In this document: in pieces, positions 22,341 to 32,654 of the stretch
Layout of the letters: each line of letters opens with the position of its first letter
How positions within the stretch are numbered: the stretch's first letter is position 1
Source: an uncultured Candidatus Rokubacteria bacterium
GTDB lineage: Bacteria; Methylomirabilota; Methylomirabilia; Rokubacteriales; CSP1-6
DNA: 64,000 nt
Reading direction: 5' to 3'
Assembly: GCA_963762145.1 (NCBI GenBank)
Contig: CAVXJS010000016.1
Span: 1-64,000 of the forward strand
Notes under the pieces: model-generated
What the model was told of the DNA's origin: nothing
What the model saw: the letters and a program-made list of their open reading frames with translations, nothing else
Database searches by the model: none
Translations under genes and position numbers: made by a program

Positions 22341-23325
22341 ATGCCGATCCGCGCGCTGCTCACGCTCCTCCTTCTCCTCGCCGGGGCCAACACGGCCCAG
22401 GCTCAGGGCGACCAGCTCGCCCGTGGGCGGCAGGCGGTCCAGAGCATGGCCGGCTGCTACCTCGTGGACTACAGCTATGTCGAGGTCGAGGCCCTCAGGC
22501 CGGGCTACGTCCGGGATCCCCGTGTCTACGACGTCAACCGGGACAAGTCGGCGAAGGAATGGATCGTCGCCGAGGCGCTGTCGGCGAACCGGCTGCGCCT
22601 GCAGCGCATCCTGTTTCTCAGCGATCTCGCCGGAAATATCCGGGAAGACACGATCATTCGCCATCAGTCGGAGGACTGGGAATACGACGCGGCCTCGCTC
22701 TACGACTTCGTCGCGCCGCTCACCTGGCAGGCGCGCGACCTCCGGGCCACGCCCGGGCTCTGGACCCGGCGCGTGACCAACCTGGACGACGGGCTGCGAT
22801 ACCAGTGCGCGGCGCGCTGGAGCGAGGACCGCGCCTACCCGGAGTGGTCCTGCGCGAACTACGCGCCGATCCCCGGCCGCGAGACGCGCGACATGGGCCG
22901 GTCCGACTACCAGACGCTCCAGCGCGGGACCCGCGTCATGGTCTACGGCGCGGCCCAGGGTGGGAGCTGGCTCGAGCGGCAGGACAACGTCAAGACGATC
23001 CACAACGACACGGGCCGCGTCCCGCTGGTGCGCGAGCTCGGCAAGAACTGGTACGTACGCCTGCCGGATGCGGAATGTGCCGGGCGCGCGGGCCTTCGCG
23101 GACAAGCGACGGGACTACTGGGCTCTGCTCCGGGAGACGTGGGACGGCGTGCTCGACGGCTCCGGCCCCTTCGTCGAGCGCGCGCCGGCGGGGCGGCCTC
23201 CGCGCTTCGTCAAGATGTTCGAGGTCGAGGACGACGCGATCGCCCGGAACCTCGCGGACCCCGCCGCGCGCGAGGCCGTCCGGCAGCGCATCCTCGGGGT
23301 GATCGAGGACTACCGGGCCCGCTAG
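22341..23325 (+). CDS. Secreted DUF6607-like protein (frameshift near 23085)
   Basis: Signal peptide; AVQSMAGCYLVDY, HQSEDWEYD, WTRRV..LDDGLRY, WLERQDN.K and RELG.N.Y; C part in ORF 22960..23325. Confidence 0.65.
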
Positions 23326-24620
23326 CGCGGATCGATCAGGAGCAGGTAGAGGTCGAGCAGGTTCGTGTTCGTGGGACCGGTGACCACCAGGTCGCCCAGG
23401 GCCGCGAACACCGGGTTCGAGTCGTTCCGGGCCAGCCGGGCCCGCGGATCGTCGCCGCCCTCCCGCACGCGCTTCACGGTGGCACCGTCCGCCACCGCCC
23501 CCGCTGCGTCGGTCGGTCCGTCGGTGCCATCGGTTCCCGCCGCGAGCGCCACGATGCCGTCCACGCCGTCGAGCTCGAGCGCGGCCGCCAGCGCCCACTC
23601 CTGGCAGCGCCCGCCGCTCCCCGCGCCGCGCACGGTCACGGTGGTCTCCCCGCCCGCGATCAGGCAGGCCGGCGGGGCCACGGGACCCCGACCGGCCTGG
23701 ATCTCGCGGGCCAGGCCGACGAGGGTGCGCGCCACGTCACGGGCCTCGCCATCGAGCGCGCGCGTCAGCACGTGCGTCGCCCGGCCGAGCGCGCGCGCCC
23801 GGGCGGCCGCGGCCTCGACGACCAGCAGATTGTTGCCGATCACGCTATTGGTGACGCCGCGGAAGATCGGATCCTCGGGCTTCGGGGTCTCCGGGATCTC
23901 CCCGCGGACACCCCGCTCGAGCCGCTCCACGATCGCGGCGGGCGTCCGCGCGCGGAGCTCGAAGCGGTCGAGGATCGCGAGCGCCTCCGCGAAGGTCGAC
24001 GCGTCGGGCGCGGTGGGGCCGGACGCGATGACGTCGAGGGGATCGCCGATCACGTCGGAGAGCAGCAGCGCGTGCACCCGGGCGGGCGCGGCGGCCCGCG
24101 CGAGCTGACCGCCCTTGAGGAGCGAGCAATGCTTCCGCACCGCGTTGAGCTGGTTGATGTTGGCGCCCGCCGCGAGCATGAGGCGCGTCATCGCCTGCTT
24201 GTCGGCCAGGGTGATGGGCGGCGCCGGCGCCGGCGTCAGCGCCGAGCCCCCGCCCGAGACGAGGACCAGCAGCAGGTCGTCGGCGCCGGCGGACTCGGCG
24301 AGCGCGCGGATCTCGCGGGCCGCGCGCCTCGCCGCGCGCGTCGGGGACCGGGTGCCCGGCCTCGACCAGGCGCACGCGGGTCGTGGCGACGAGGTAGCCG
24401 TCCTTGACCACCACGAGGCCGTCGGCGATGCGCATCGCCGAGGGCGTCCTCGGCGGCGGCGGCCATGGCGCCCGGAGGCCTTGCCCGCGCCGACCACGAG
24501 CACGCGCCCGCGCGGCGGCCAGGCGCACGCCGGCCAGGGCGCGCGTGCACGAGGGGGTGGACGTCGGCGGCGGCGCAGCGCGGCGTCGAAGACCGAGCGC
24601 GCCGCCTCGCGGAGGCTCAA
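23322..24620 (-). CDS. Glycerate kinase, class II MOFRL family (several frameshifts in 24330-24580)
   Basis: VVGAGKA, AGHPVPD, LVSGGGSAL, LLSDVIGD.LDVIASGPT, GGETTV..G.GGRCQE, GTDGTDG and TGPTNTN. Confidence 0.85.
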   Translation of the reverse strand: MSLREAARSVFDAALRRRRRPPPRARAPWPACAWPPRGRVLVVGAGKASGRHGRRRRGRPRRCASPTASWWSRTATSSPRPACAWSRPGTRSPTRAARRAAREIRALAESAGADDLLLVLVSGGGSALTPAPAPPITLADKQAMTRLMLAAGANINQLNAVRKHCSLLKGGQLARAAAPARVHALLLSDVIGDPLDVIASGPTAPDASTFAEALAILDRFELRARTPAAIVERLERGVRGEIPETPKPEDPIFRGVTNSVIGNNLLVVEAAAARARALGRATHVLTRALDGEARDVARTLVGLAREIQAGRGPVAPPACLIAGGETTVTVRGAGSGGRCQEWALAAALELDGVDGIVALAAGTDGTDGPTDAAGAVADGATVKRVREGGDDPRARLARNDSNPVFAALGDLVVTGPTNTNLLDLYLLLIDPR

Positions 24621-25782
24621 CGGGCGAGCTTCTGCAGCCGGCGCCCCGCCTCGATCGAGCATGTCGTCGGTCTTGGGGAAGCAGAAGCGGATCTTGGTGC
24701 GGCCCAGCTCGCGGTGGGCGTAGAAGGAGGAGCCCGGCACCGTCGCGACGCCGATCTCCTGGATCAGGTGCATCGCGAACGCGTGGTCGTCGCGGCAGTC
24801 GTAGCGCTTCAGGAAGTGTGCGGCCTCGGTGAGGATGTAGTAGGCGCCGTGCGGCTTGTAGGCCACGAAGCCCGCCTCCTCCACCTGGCCGAGCAGGAGA
24901 TCGCGCCGGGCCTGGTAGCTCTCGCGCAGATAGACGTAGTACGAGTCGGGAAGCCGGAGCGCGGTCACCGCCGCCTCCTGCAGCGGGTGCGGCGCGCCCA
25001 CCGTGATGAAGTCGTGGGCGCGCCGGATGCCGAGCGACAGCTCGGGGCTGGCCACCGCGTAGCCGACCCGCCAGCCGGTCACCGAGTAGGACTTCGAGAT
25101 GCCCGAGATCGTGATCGTGCGCTCGGCCATGCCGGGCAGCGTCGCGATCGGGGTGTGGCCGAGCCCGTCGTAGACGATGTGCTCGTAGATCTCGTCGGTG
25201 ATCGCGAGCAGGTCGTGCTTGAGGCAGAGATCGGCGATGATCCTGGAGCTCCGCGCGGGAGAACACCTTGCCCGAGGGATTGTTCGGGCTGTTGAAGACG
25301 ATCGCGCGGGTGCGCGGGCTGACCGCGCGGGCCAGCCGGTCCGGGTCGAACGAGAAGTCGGGCGGCTCGAGCGGAACCCAGACCGGCTCGGCGCCCGCGA
25401 TGATGCAGCCCGGCCCGTAGTTCTCGTAGAAGGGCTCGAAGATGATGACCTCGTCGCCCGGGTTCAGCACGGCGAGCAGGGTCGCCAGCATCGTCTCGGT
25501 GGAGCCGCAGCACACCGTGACGTTCCGGTCGGCCTCGACGTCCATGCCGTAGAACTTCCGGTACTTCTCCGCGATCGCGCGGCGGAGCGACGGCGTGCCC
25601 CAGGTGATCGCGTACTGGTGGAAGTCGCCGTCGATCGCGCGATGGGCCGCCTCGATCAGCTCCCGGGGCGGCGGGAAGTTCGGCATCCCCTGGGCGAGGT
25701 TGATGCCGTCGTACTGGTTGTTGACCCGGGTCATCTCCCGGATCACCGACTCGGTGAAGCCCTGGACCCGCTTGGAGATCAT
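24617..25782 (-). CDS. Class I/II PLP aminotransferase (frameshifts near 25240 and 24655)
   Basis: INLAQGMP, NSPNNPSGKVF, ITDEIYEHI, SKSYSVTGWRVGY and IRFCFPK. Confidence 0.88.
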
Positions 25783-25806
25783 GCGGCGAGGACGGCTCGC
25801 GGGGCG

Positions 25807-26085
25807 CTACCGGCCGCCCGCGATGGCCGGGACGATGGAGACCTCGTCGCCCTGCTTGAGCGTGGTGGTCGCGCCCTGGAGGAACCGGATGTCTTCCTGG
25901 TTGATGTAGATGTTGATGAAGCGGCGAAGCTCGCCGCCGTCCTCGACGAGGCGCTCCTTGAGCCCGGGGAACTGGCGCTCCAGGACCTCGATCAGGTCGT
26001 TGACGGTGCCCGCGTCGGCCTGTACCTCGGCCGCGCCCTTCGTGAGGGTGCGGAGCGGCGTGGGAATGCGAACCAGAACGGCCAT
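25807..26085 (-). CDS. MoaD/ThiS/CysO-family sulfur carrier protein
   Basis: RIPTPLR...RRFINIY.N.EDIRFL...PAIAGGR. Confidence 0.9.
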   Translation of the reverse strand: MAVLVRIPTPLRTLTKGAAEVQADAGTVNDLIEVLERQFPGLKERLVEDGGELRRFINIYINQEDIRFLQGATTTLKQGDEVSIVPAIAGGR

Positions 26086-26107
26086 GTGCAGATCTCCTTC
26101 GTCCGGG

Positions 26108-27376
26108 CTACGTCCCGGTCTTGGACTTGAGGTCGGCCAGCGCCCGGTCGAACGCGGCGAGCGAGGGCTGGATGGTCACGTCGCGGTTTAGCCGGTCCTG
26201 CAGCGCGTCGGGCGTCTTGAGCCCGTTGCCGGTGACGCACATCACGATGGGCTCGTCGCGGGGGATGCGGCCGGACTCGATCAGCTTGCGGGTCGCCGCC
26301 ACCGTCACGCCGCCCGCGGTCTCCGCGAAGATGCCCTCGGTGCGCGCGAGCAGCCGCATGCCCTCGATGATCTCCTCGTCGGTCGCGTGCTCGCCGTACC
26401 CGCCCGAATCCTTCACCGCACGGTAGGCGTAGTAGCCGTCGGCCGGGTTGCCGATCGCGAGCGACTTGCAGATGGTCTGGGGTCGCACCGGCTCGAGGAC
26501 GTCGGTGTCCTTCTTGATCATGGTGACGATGGGCCCGCAGCCGGCGGCCTGAGCCGCGTACATGCGGGTGCGGCTCTCGGGGATCAGGCCGAGCATGGCC
26601 AGCTCCTGCATCGCCTTGGCGATCTTGGTGAGGAGCGAGCCGCCCGCGCAGGGCGCCACCACGTGAGCGGGGGCGCGCCAGCCGAGCTGCTCGGCGATCT
26701 CGTAGCCGTACGTCTTCGAGCCTTCCGCGTAGTACGGGCGGAGGTTGATGTTCACGAAGGCCCAGTGGTACCGGTCCCCGACCTCGGCGCAGAGGCGGTT
26801 GACCTCGTCGTAGGTCCCCCGCACCTCGATGAGGGTGGGGTCGTAGATCAGGGTCGCGATGACCTTGCCCGGCTCGAGATCGGCCGGGATGAAGATGAAC
26901 GACGCCAGCCGCGCCTCCGCGGCGTGGGCCGCCACCGAGTTGGCGAGGTTGCCGGTGGAGGCGCAGGCCACCGTGTCGAAGCCGAACTCCCGCGCCTTGC
27001 CGATCGCCATCGCGACCACGCGATCCTTGAAGGAGCAGGTCGGATGCGAGACCGCGTCGTTCTTGACGTAGAGCTCGCGAACTCCCCACTCGGCGGCCAG
27101 GTTGCGCGCGCGCACCAGCGGGGTGAAGCCCACCGCGGCGCCGATCGGCGGCTCGCCGTCCACCAGGTCGAGCGGGAGGAGATCGGCGTAGCGCCAGATC
27201 GACCGGGGGCCGGCCTCGATGCGCGCGCGGCTGATACGCGCGCGGATCACCTCGTAGTCGTACTCGACCTCGAGGGGACCGAAGCAGAACTCGCAGACGT
27301 GAGACGGGGAGGAAGGGTAGCCGCGGCCACACTCCCGGCACTTCAAGCCCTTCAATCTGTCCAATGGCCTCTCCAA
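26108..27376 (-). CDS. thrC: Threonine synthase-like fold-type II PLP enzyme
   Basis: N-terminal CxxC...CxxC, SFKDR, ASTGNLA, EGSKT, ETAGG and TGNGLK. Exact TTG start uncertain (27376, 27364 or 27355). Confidence 0.85.
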   Translation of the reverse strand: MERPLDRLKGLKCRECGRGYPSSPSHVCEFCFGPLEVEYDYEVIRARISRARIEAGPRSIWRYADLLPLDLVDGEPPIGAAVGFTPLVRARNLAAEWGVRELYVKNDAVSHPTCSFKDRVVAMAIGKAREFGFDTVACASTGNLANSVAAHAAEARLASFIFIPADLEPGKVIATLIYDPTLIEVRGTYDEVNRLCAEVGDRYHWAFVNINLRPYYAEGSKTYGYEIAEQLGWRAPAHVVAPCAGGSLLTKIAKAMQELAMLGLIPESRTRMYAAQAAGCGPIVTMIKKDTDVLEPVRPQTICKSLAIGNPADGYYAYRAVKDSGGYGEHATDEEIIEGMRLLARTEGIFAETAGGVTVAATRKLIESGRIPRDEPIVMCVTGNGLKTPDALQDRLNRDVTIQPSLAAFDRALADLKSKTGT

Positions 27377-27515
27377 TCGGTAGGGGATTTGAGCCCCGGA
27401 ATGAGCTGCACGATCCGGGTTGGCCGTCCCGGATCACCGACCCAGCGACAACGATTTCGTTTACTTAACACTCGATGCCGCGGGTTGTCAACGCGATGCC
27501 GTATCATCGGCATCC

Positions 27516-29441
27516 GTGGCCCGCACCTGGATGCCTCCCGCGCTGCTCGCAGTCTACGCCGTGGCCTTCGGCTGGCGGGCCCTGGGCGGCGGCCTGCTCG
27601 TCTTCGACGATCATCCGGGCCAGCTCTACCGCCTCGCGCACGCGATCACGCTCGGCTGGGCCCCGTGGCGCTTCAATCCGGGCTGGTGGGCCGGCTACGC
27701 GGAGCTGCAGTACTACCCGCCCGGCTTCTCCTGGCTCGGCGCGCTGATCCATCTGGCCGCGGACGGCGCCCTCGACCTGGCGGCGGTCTACCAGGTCCTC
27801 CTCTGGATCGCCTGGCTCCTCCCAGGGGTGGCGGTGTACGCGCTGCTTCGCCGTGCGCTCGGTGATCCGTGGCTCGCGCTTCCCGGCGCCTTCGTGGCGC
27901 TGACGCTGTCGGCGGGTTCACGGAGCGGTGTCGAGGAGGGCCTGCGCTGGGGCCTGGTCGCGGCGCGTCTGGGCTGGGGCGTGCTGCCGCTGCTCGCGCT
28001 CTGCCTGCTGCGCTGGGCCCAGGGCGCGACCCGCCCGCCGCTCGCGGGCGCCGGGCTCGTCGCCGCGGTCGTCCTGCTGCATCCGGCTCACGCGCCCGCC
28101 GCCGCCGTGCTGCTGGCGCTGGCCGCTCTCCACGGAGCGCCGCGCCGAGCTCGCGTCGGCCTGGCCGCGCTGATCCTCGCCGCCGGGCTCGGGCTGGCCG
28201 CGATCTGGCTTCTGCCGCTGCTGGCGCACCTGCGCATGGCCCTGCCGCTCGCCTGGTCCGACGCGACGCCGCTCGCGCTCGGCCGCCGGCTCGTCTCGCA
28301 GCCGGTGCTGCTCGCGCTGGCGATCCTGACCGTCATCTCATGGCGCGGGGCATGGCGCGGGCGCGCGCTGCCCGTTCTCCGCGATGCGCGGTGGCTGCTG
28401 GGTCTGGCGCCGGCCATGCTCATTGTGATCGCGCTCGACGCTCTCGTCGCGGAGCCGCTCGGCCTGGCGTGGCTCCCGCCGGATCGGCTCGCGGACGGCC
28501 TGTACCTCGGGCTCGTGCTGGGCGGCGCGGCGGGATTCGCCTCGCTCGCCGCCGGGCGCGCGCGTCCGGCGGTCGCCTCGGTGGTCGCGCTGGCGGTGTG
28601 CGTGCCGCTGGCGTGGGGCCCGGAGGAGCCCGGGCTCACGCTCTGGCCGCGGCCGCGCGAATGGCCCCGGGAGCAGGAGGTCATCCGCGGGCTCCGGATG
28701 GAGGCGCTGTGGAACGCGGTTCGGGAGGGCCCGCCCGGCCGCGTGCTGTTCGTCCGCTCCGCCGCGCCCCTCGACTGGCGGCCGGAGTGGTGGCGGCCTC
28801 ACTCGCATCTCACCGCGCTCACCCCGCTCCGGGCCGGGCGGGCGATCGTCGGCGGCACCTTCACCCATCCATCGCCGGTGGCCGGGCTGGTCTACACGGG
28901 CTCGGCGGCACCACGTCCCATCACGAGGCTGGCCGAGCAGCTCGATGGCCGGAGCCTGTTCGGTCGTCCACTCGGAGAGCTCGCGCCCGAGCAGTTCGAC
29001 CGGCTGGCGCGGAGCCTTGGGATCGGCCTGGTGGTCGCGCAGGAAGAGGACATGGCGAAGATCGGGTTTCTTTCGGATAACCCACGAGTTAAGAGCCTCT
29101 CCCGCATAGGCTCGTTCAGGCTGTTCGCGCTGACCGATCCCGTGGTCGAGCCCGTGCCGATAGGGCCGCAGCGCTGGCGCATCGCCGTCGCCTCCGCCTC
29201 GCCGGGCTGGGTGTCGCTGCCGATCGCGTACTCACCCCTCTGGGTGGCCACGGGGGCGGGCGCGCCGCTGGCAGTCCGGCGCGACGAGCAAGGACTCCTC
29301 GCGGTGGCGCTCGCCGCGTCCCTCTCGTCGGTGGAGCTCGAGCATCGCGCGGGGGCGGCCGAGTGGGCCGGCGGCGCGCTCAGCCTTGGCACGGGGCTCG
29401 CGCTCCTCGCGATCTGGTGGCGGCGGGCTACGCGCGCGTGA
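27516..29441 (+). CDS. Polytopic membrane protein, probable GT-C glycosyltransferase (PTPS-related/YfhO-like)
   Basis: DDHPGQ..R, WWAGY..LQYYPPG and many TM segments followed by a soluble C-terminal region. Confidence 0.6.
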   Translation: MARTWMPPALLAVYAVAFGWRALGGGLLVFDDHPGQLYRLAHAITLGWAPWRFNPGWWAGYAELQYYPPGFSWLGALIHLAADGALDLAAVYQVLLWIAWLLPGVAVYALLRRALGDPWLALPGAFVALTLSAGSRSGVEEGLRWGLVAARLGWGVLPLLALCLLRWAQGATRPPLAGAGLVAAVVLLHPAHAPAAAVLLALAALHGAPRRARVGLAALILAAGLGLAAIWLLPLLAHLRMALPLAWSDATPLALGRRLVSQPVLLALAILTVISWRGAWRGRALPVLRDARWLLGLAPAMLIVIALDALVAEPLGLAWLPPDRLADGLYLGLVLGGAAGFASLAAGRARPAVASVVALAVCVPLAWGPEEPGLTLWPRPREWPREQEVIRGLRMEALWNAVREGPPGRVLFVRSAAPLDWRPEWWRPHSHLTALTPLRAGRAIVGGTFTHPSPVAGLVYTGSAAPRPITRLAEQLDGRSLFGRPLGELAPEQFDRLARSLGIGLVVAQEEDMAKIGFLSDNPRVKSLSRIGSFRLFALTDPVVEPVPIGPQRWRIAVASASPGWVSLPIAYSPLWVATGAGAPLAVRRDEQGLLAVALAASLSSVELEHRAGAAEWAGGALSLGTGLALLAIWWRRATRA

Positions 29442-30319
29442 GTCGGCCCGGGCGCCTGGGCGCCCTGCCGGTCGCCCTCCTGCTCCTCTGCTGCCTGGTC
29501 TGGGGCCTGAACCAGGTGGCAATCAAGGTAAGCGTTGCGGGCGTCTCGCCCCTGCTGGGGGCGGGGCTGCGCTCGCTGGTGGCCGCGGGGCTCGTCTGGC
29601 TCTGGTGCCGGCTGCGCGGCGAGGCGCTCTTCCGCCGCGACGGCACCGGGGCCTTCGGGCTGCTCATCGGGGTAATGTTCGCGGCCGAGGTCGCCCTCAT
29701 GTACTGGGGCCTGGCCTACACCACCGCGTCGCGCAGCGTGATCTTCCTCTACTCGGCTCCGTTCTTCGTGGCGCTGGGGGCCCACCGCTACATCCCCGGG
29801 GAGCGCCTGACCCGGCGGCGCACCGCCGGGCTGGTGCTGGCGTTCGCGGGCCTGTGCCTGGCCTGCGCGGACGCGCTCTACCTGCCCTCGCGGCGCGAGC
29901 TGTTCGGCGATCTGCTGGAGCTGGGCGCCGGGTTCCTCTGGGGCGCCACCACCGTGGTCATCAAGAGGGGCGGGCGCGTGCCGATCGCCCCGCCGCGGAT
30001 GCTCTTCTATCAGCTCGCGCTCTCGAGCGTGGGGCTGATCGGCGGGTCGGTCGCGCTGCGCGAGCCCGGCGTGGTCGCGCCGACCGTGCCGGTGGTGGCC
30101 GCCCTTGCCTACCAGGCCGTCGTCGTCGCGTTCGCGTCGTACCTGGCGTGGTTCTGGCTGCTGCGGCGCTACCCGGCCTCGGACCTCGCGCCGCATCTCT
30201 TCTGGACGCCGCTCCTGGGCGTGCTCGCGGGCTGGGCCCTGCTGGGCGATCCGCTCAGCGCCAGCCTGGGCGCCGCCGCGGTGCTCATCGCGGTCGGGAT
30301 CTACCTCGTGAACCGGTAG
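29438..30319 (+). CDS. DMT/EamA transporter
   Basis: WGLNQVAIK, GLAYTTASR, YLAWFWLL; about 10 TM segments; GTGA overlap. Confidence 0.85.
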   Translation: MSRPGRLGALPVALLLLCCLVWGLNQVAIKVSVAGVSPLLGAGLRSLVAAGLVWLWCRLRGEALFRRDGTGAFGLLIGVMFAAEVALMYWGLAYTTASRSVIFLYSAPFFVALGAHRYIPGERLTRRRTAGLVLAFAGLCLACADALYLPSRRELFGDLLELGAGFLWGATTVVIKRGGRVPIAPPRMLFYQLALSSVGLIGGSVALREPGVVAPTVPVVAALAYQAVVVAFASYLAWFWLLRRYPASDLAPHLFWTPLLGVLAGWALLGDPLSASLGAAAVLIAVGIYLVNR

Positions 30320-30320
30320 G

Positions 30321-31708
30321 CTACTCGGCGCCCACGGTGTGGGAGAAGCGGGTCTGACCGAGCGCGTCCACGATGCGCACCGTGAGACCGGTCGTGTCGA
30401 TCGCGACGTCGCCGAAGTTGGCGACCCCGCCCAGGCTCCAGAGCGAGCGCGGGGCGAGCGCGGCGTCGAGCGGGTGCGGCTTGCCCGGGGTGGCCGACAG
30501 TGGGCCCGCGATGAACTCGTGGAAGGACCAGTCGGGAGCGGGGTGGTGGCGGATCAGCTCGGCGTGGCGCACGTCGGAGGCGAGCACCACCAGGTTCTTC
30601 ACGCCCCGCTGGCGCAGCGTGCGCAGGATGGCGTCACGCTCCAGCGCGAAGCCGGTGCCGTGCTCCTCCGGCACGCCGCGGGCATTGGCATTGCTCCAGG
30701 AGTCGTGCGCGCGGCCGCCGGTGGGGACCGAGAGGGGCACGCTCGACACCACCACCTTCCAGACCGCGGTGGAGCCGGCGACCGCGTCCATCAGCCAGCG
30801 GCGCTGTGCGGGACCGAGCATGGTCTTGCCGGGTCCGTCGGGCGCGGTGTTGGGGCTGCGGTACTGCCGGGCGTCGAGGATGAACACCTCGAGCAGCGCG
30901 CCCCAGCGGAACTGGCGGTAGAGGCGGCCCGGCTCCTCGCGCGGCGGCCGCACCGGGAAGTAGTCGATGAACGCGCGGCGGCCCGCGTCCGTCAAGGGCT
31001 CGGCGGGGCCGGAGAAGTTGTCCCGGACCTCGTGATCGTCCCAGATCGCGTAGACCGAGGCGCGCCGGAAGTAGGCCTGCACCGCGGGGTCCTCGCGATT
31101 GTAGCGGTGCTTGGCCCAGAAGTCGGCGAGGCGCCGGGCCACGAAGTCGTAGCCGGGCTCGTGCAGCCACCCCGCCGCACAGCTGGTCGGCGTAGATGGT
31201 GTCGCCGACGAACAGGAAGAAATCGGAGGGTACGCTCGCGAGGGTTCGGAAGATCGGGTAGCCGTCGCCCGGTTTGCGGCAGTGGCCGCGGCTGCCGAGA
31301 TCGCCGCTCCACGAGAAGCGCACCGGCCGTGCGTCGTTCGGCGCCGGGCGCGGTGACGAACTCGCCGGTGGTCTCGGCCGTGTTCTGGGCCGCGGTGTAG
31401 CGGTAGCGGGTGCCCGGCTCGAGGGGCTGGAGCAGGAGCTTGCCGGTCAGGTGGCGGCTCGGCTCGACCCGGATCTCGCCGCGGGCGCCCGCGGGCGGGC
31501 TCCCCTCGGCGTCCCGCGCGGAGCGGATCGGCTCGTAGCGCACCGTGACCTCGCCCCAGCTGATGCCGCGCACCCACACCACCGCGCTGGTGTCGGTCAC
31601 CTCGCCCACCGTGACGAGCAGGCCCGGCTCCGTGGCGGCGGGGGCGGCCAGCCCACCGACCAGCAGGAGGCCCAGGCCGAGCCCCAGAGCCGTCGACGCG
31701 CGGCGCAT
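30321..31708 (-). CDS. phoD: Alkaline phosphatase D family (frameshifts near 31335 and 31170)
   Basis: Signal peptide; GEVTDTSAVVW, GDTIYAD, IWDDHEV.DN, LDARQYRS and MLG.AQ..WL. Confidence 0.82.
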
Positions 31709-31728
31709 CGCCTCCGCGGGCGCTCCGC

Positions 31729-32642
31729 TCAGACCATCGGGTCGTAGTTGAAGAACTGCCCCGAGGTGTCGAGCGGCGCCAGGTGGTGCTTGAGCGTGCC
31801 GGGGAACATCGCGGCCAGCCGCTCCGGCGTCCACCCCAGATCGTGGTGGATGCTCCGCAGCGGCCGCATGTGGCCGAACAGCATGACCTCCTTGCCGCGC
31901 ACTCCGAAGACCTGGCCCGAGATCTCCTTGGCCTCGTCGCTGGCCAGGAACACCGCGACCGGGGCGATGTGCTCGGGCCCCATCTTCTTGATCTTCTCGA
32001 CGCGGGCTTTCTGGGCCTCGGTCTCGGTGGGGATGGTGCCGATCATGCGGGTCCAGGCGAACGGCGAGATGCAGTTGGCGGTCACGTTGTAGCGCGCCAT
32101 GTCCAGCGCCACCACCTTGGTGAAGCCCACGATGCCCAGCTTGGCCGCCGCGTAGTTGGCCTGGCCGATATTGCCGACCAGCCCCGAGGTGGACGTCATG
32201 TTGATGATGCGGCCCCATTTCCGCTCCCGCATGTGCGGGACCGCGGCGCCGGGTCACCGCGAAGGTGCCCTTGAGATGCGTGTCGATCACGCCGTCCCAC
32301 TCCTCCTCGGTCATGTTGAAGATCATGCGATCGCGGAGGATGCCCGCGTTGTTGACCACGACGTCCACGTGGCCGAAGTGGTCGAGCGCGGTCTGGACGA
32401 TGCGCTGGCCGCCCGCCATGCTCGCCACCGAGTCGTAGCTGGCCGCGGCCTGGCCGCCCTGCCCCTTGATCTCGTTGACCACGTCGTCGGCCGGGCCGCG
32501 CGCGTCCCCCGCTGCCGTCCGAGCTTCCGCCGTAGTCGTTCACCACCACCTTGGCCCCGTGCTTCGCCATGAGCAGTGAGATCTCGCGGCCGATGCCGCG
32601 CGCCGCGCCCGTCACCACCGCGACCTTGTCCTTGAGCATCAT
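31729..32642 (-). CDS. SDR oxidoreductase (frameshifts near 32500 and 32240)
   Basis: TGAARGIG, VVVND.GG, NNAGILRD and GQANYAAAK; AGGAGG SD. Confidence 0.85.
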
Positions 32643-32654
32643 GACCAAAACCTC

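Noticed and set aside
27380-27470. SAM-I or SAM-IV riboswitch call
   Set aside because: Core consensus elements are not convincingly present; kept only as an unassigned structured leader.
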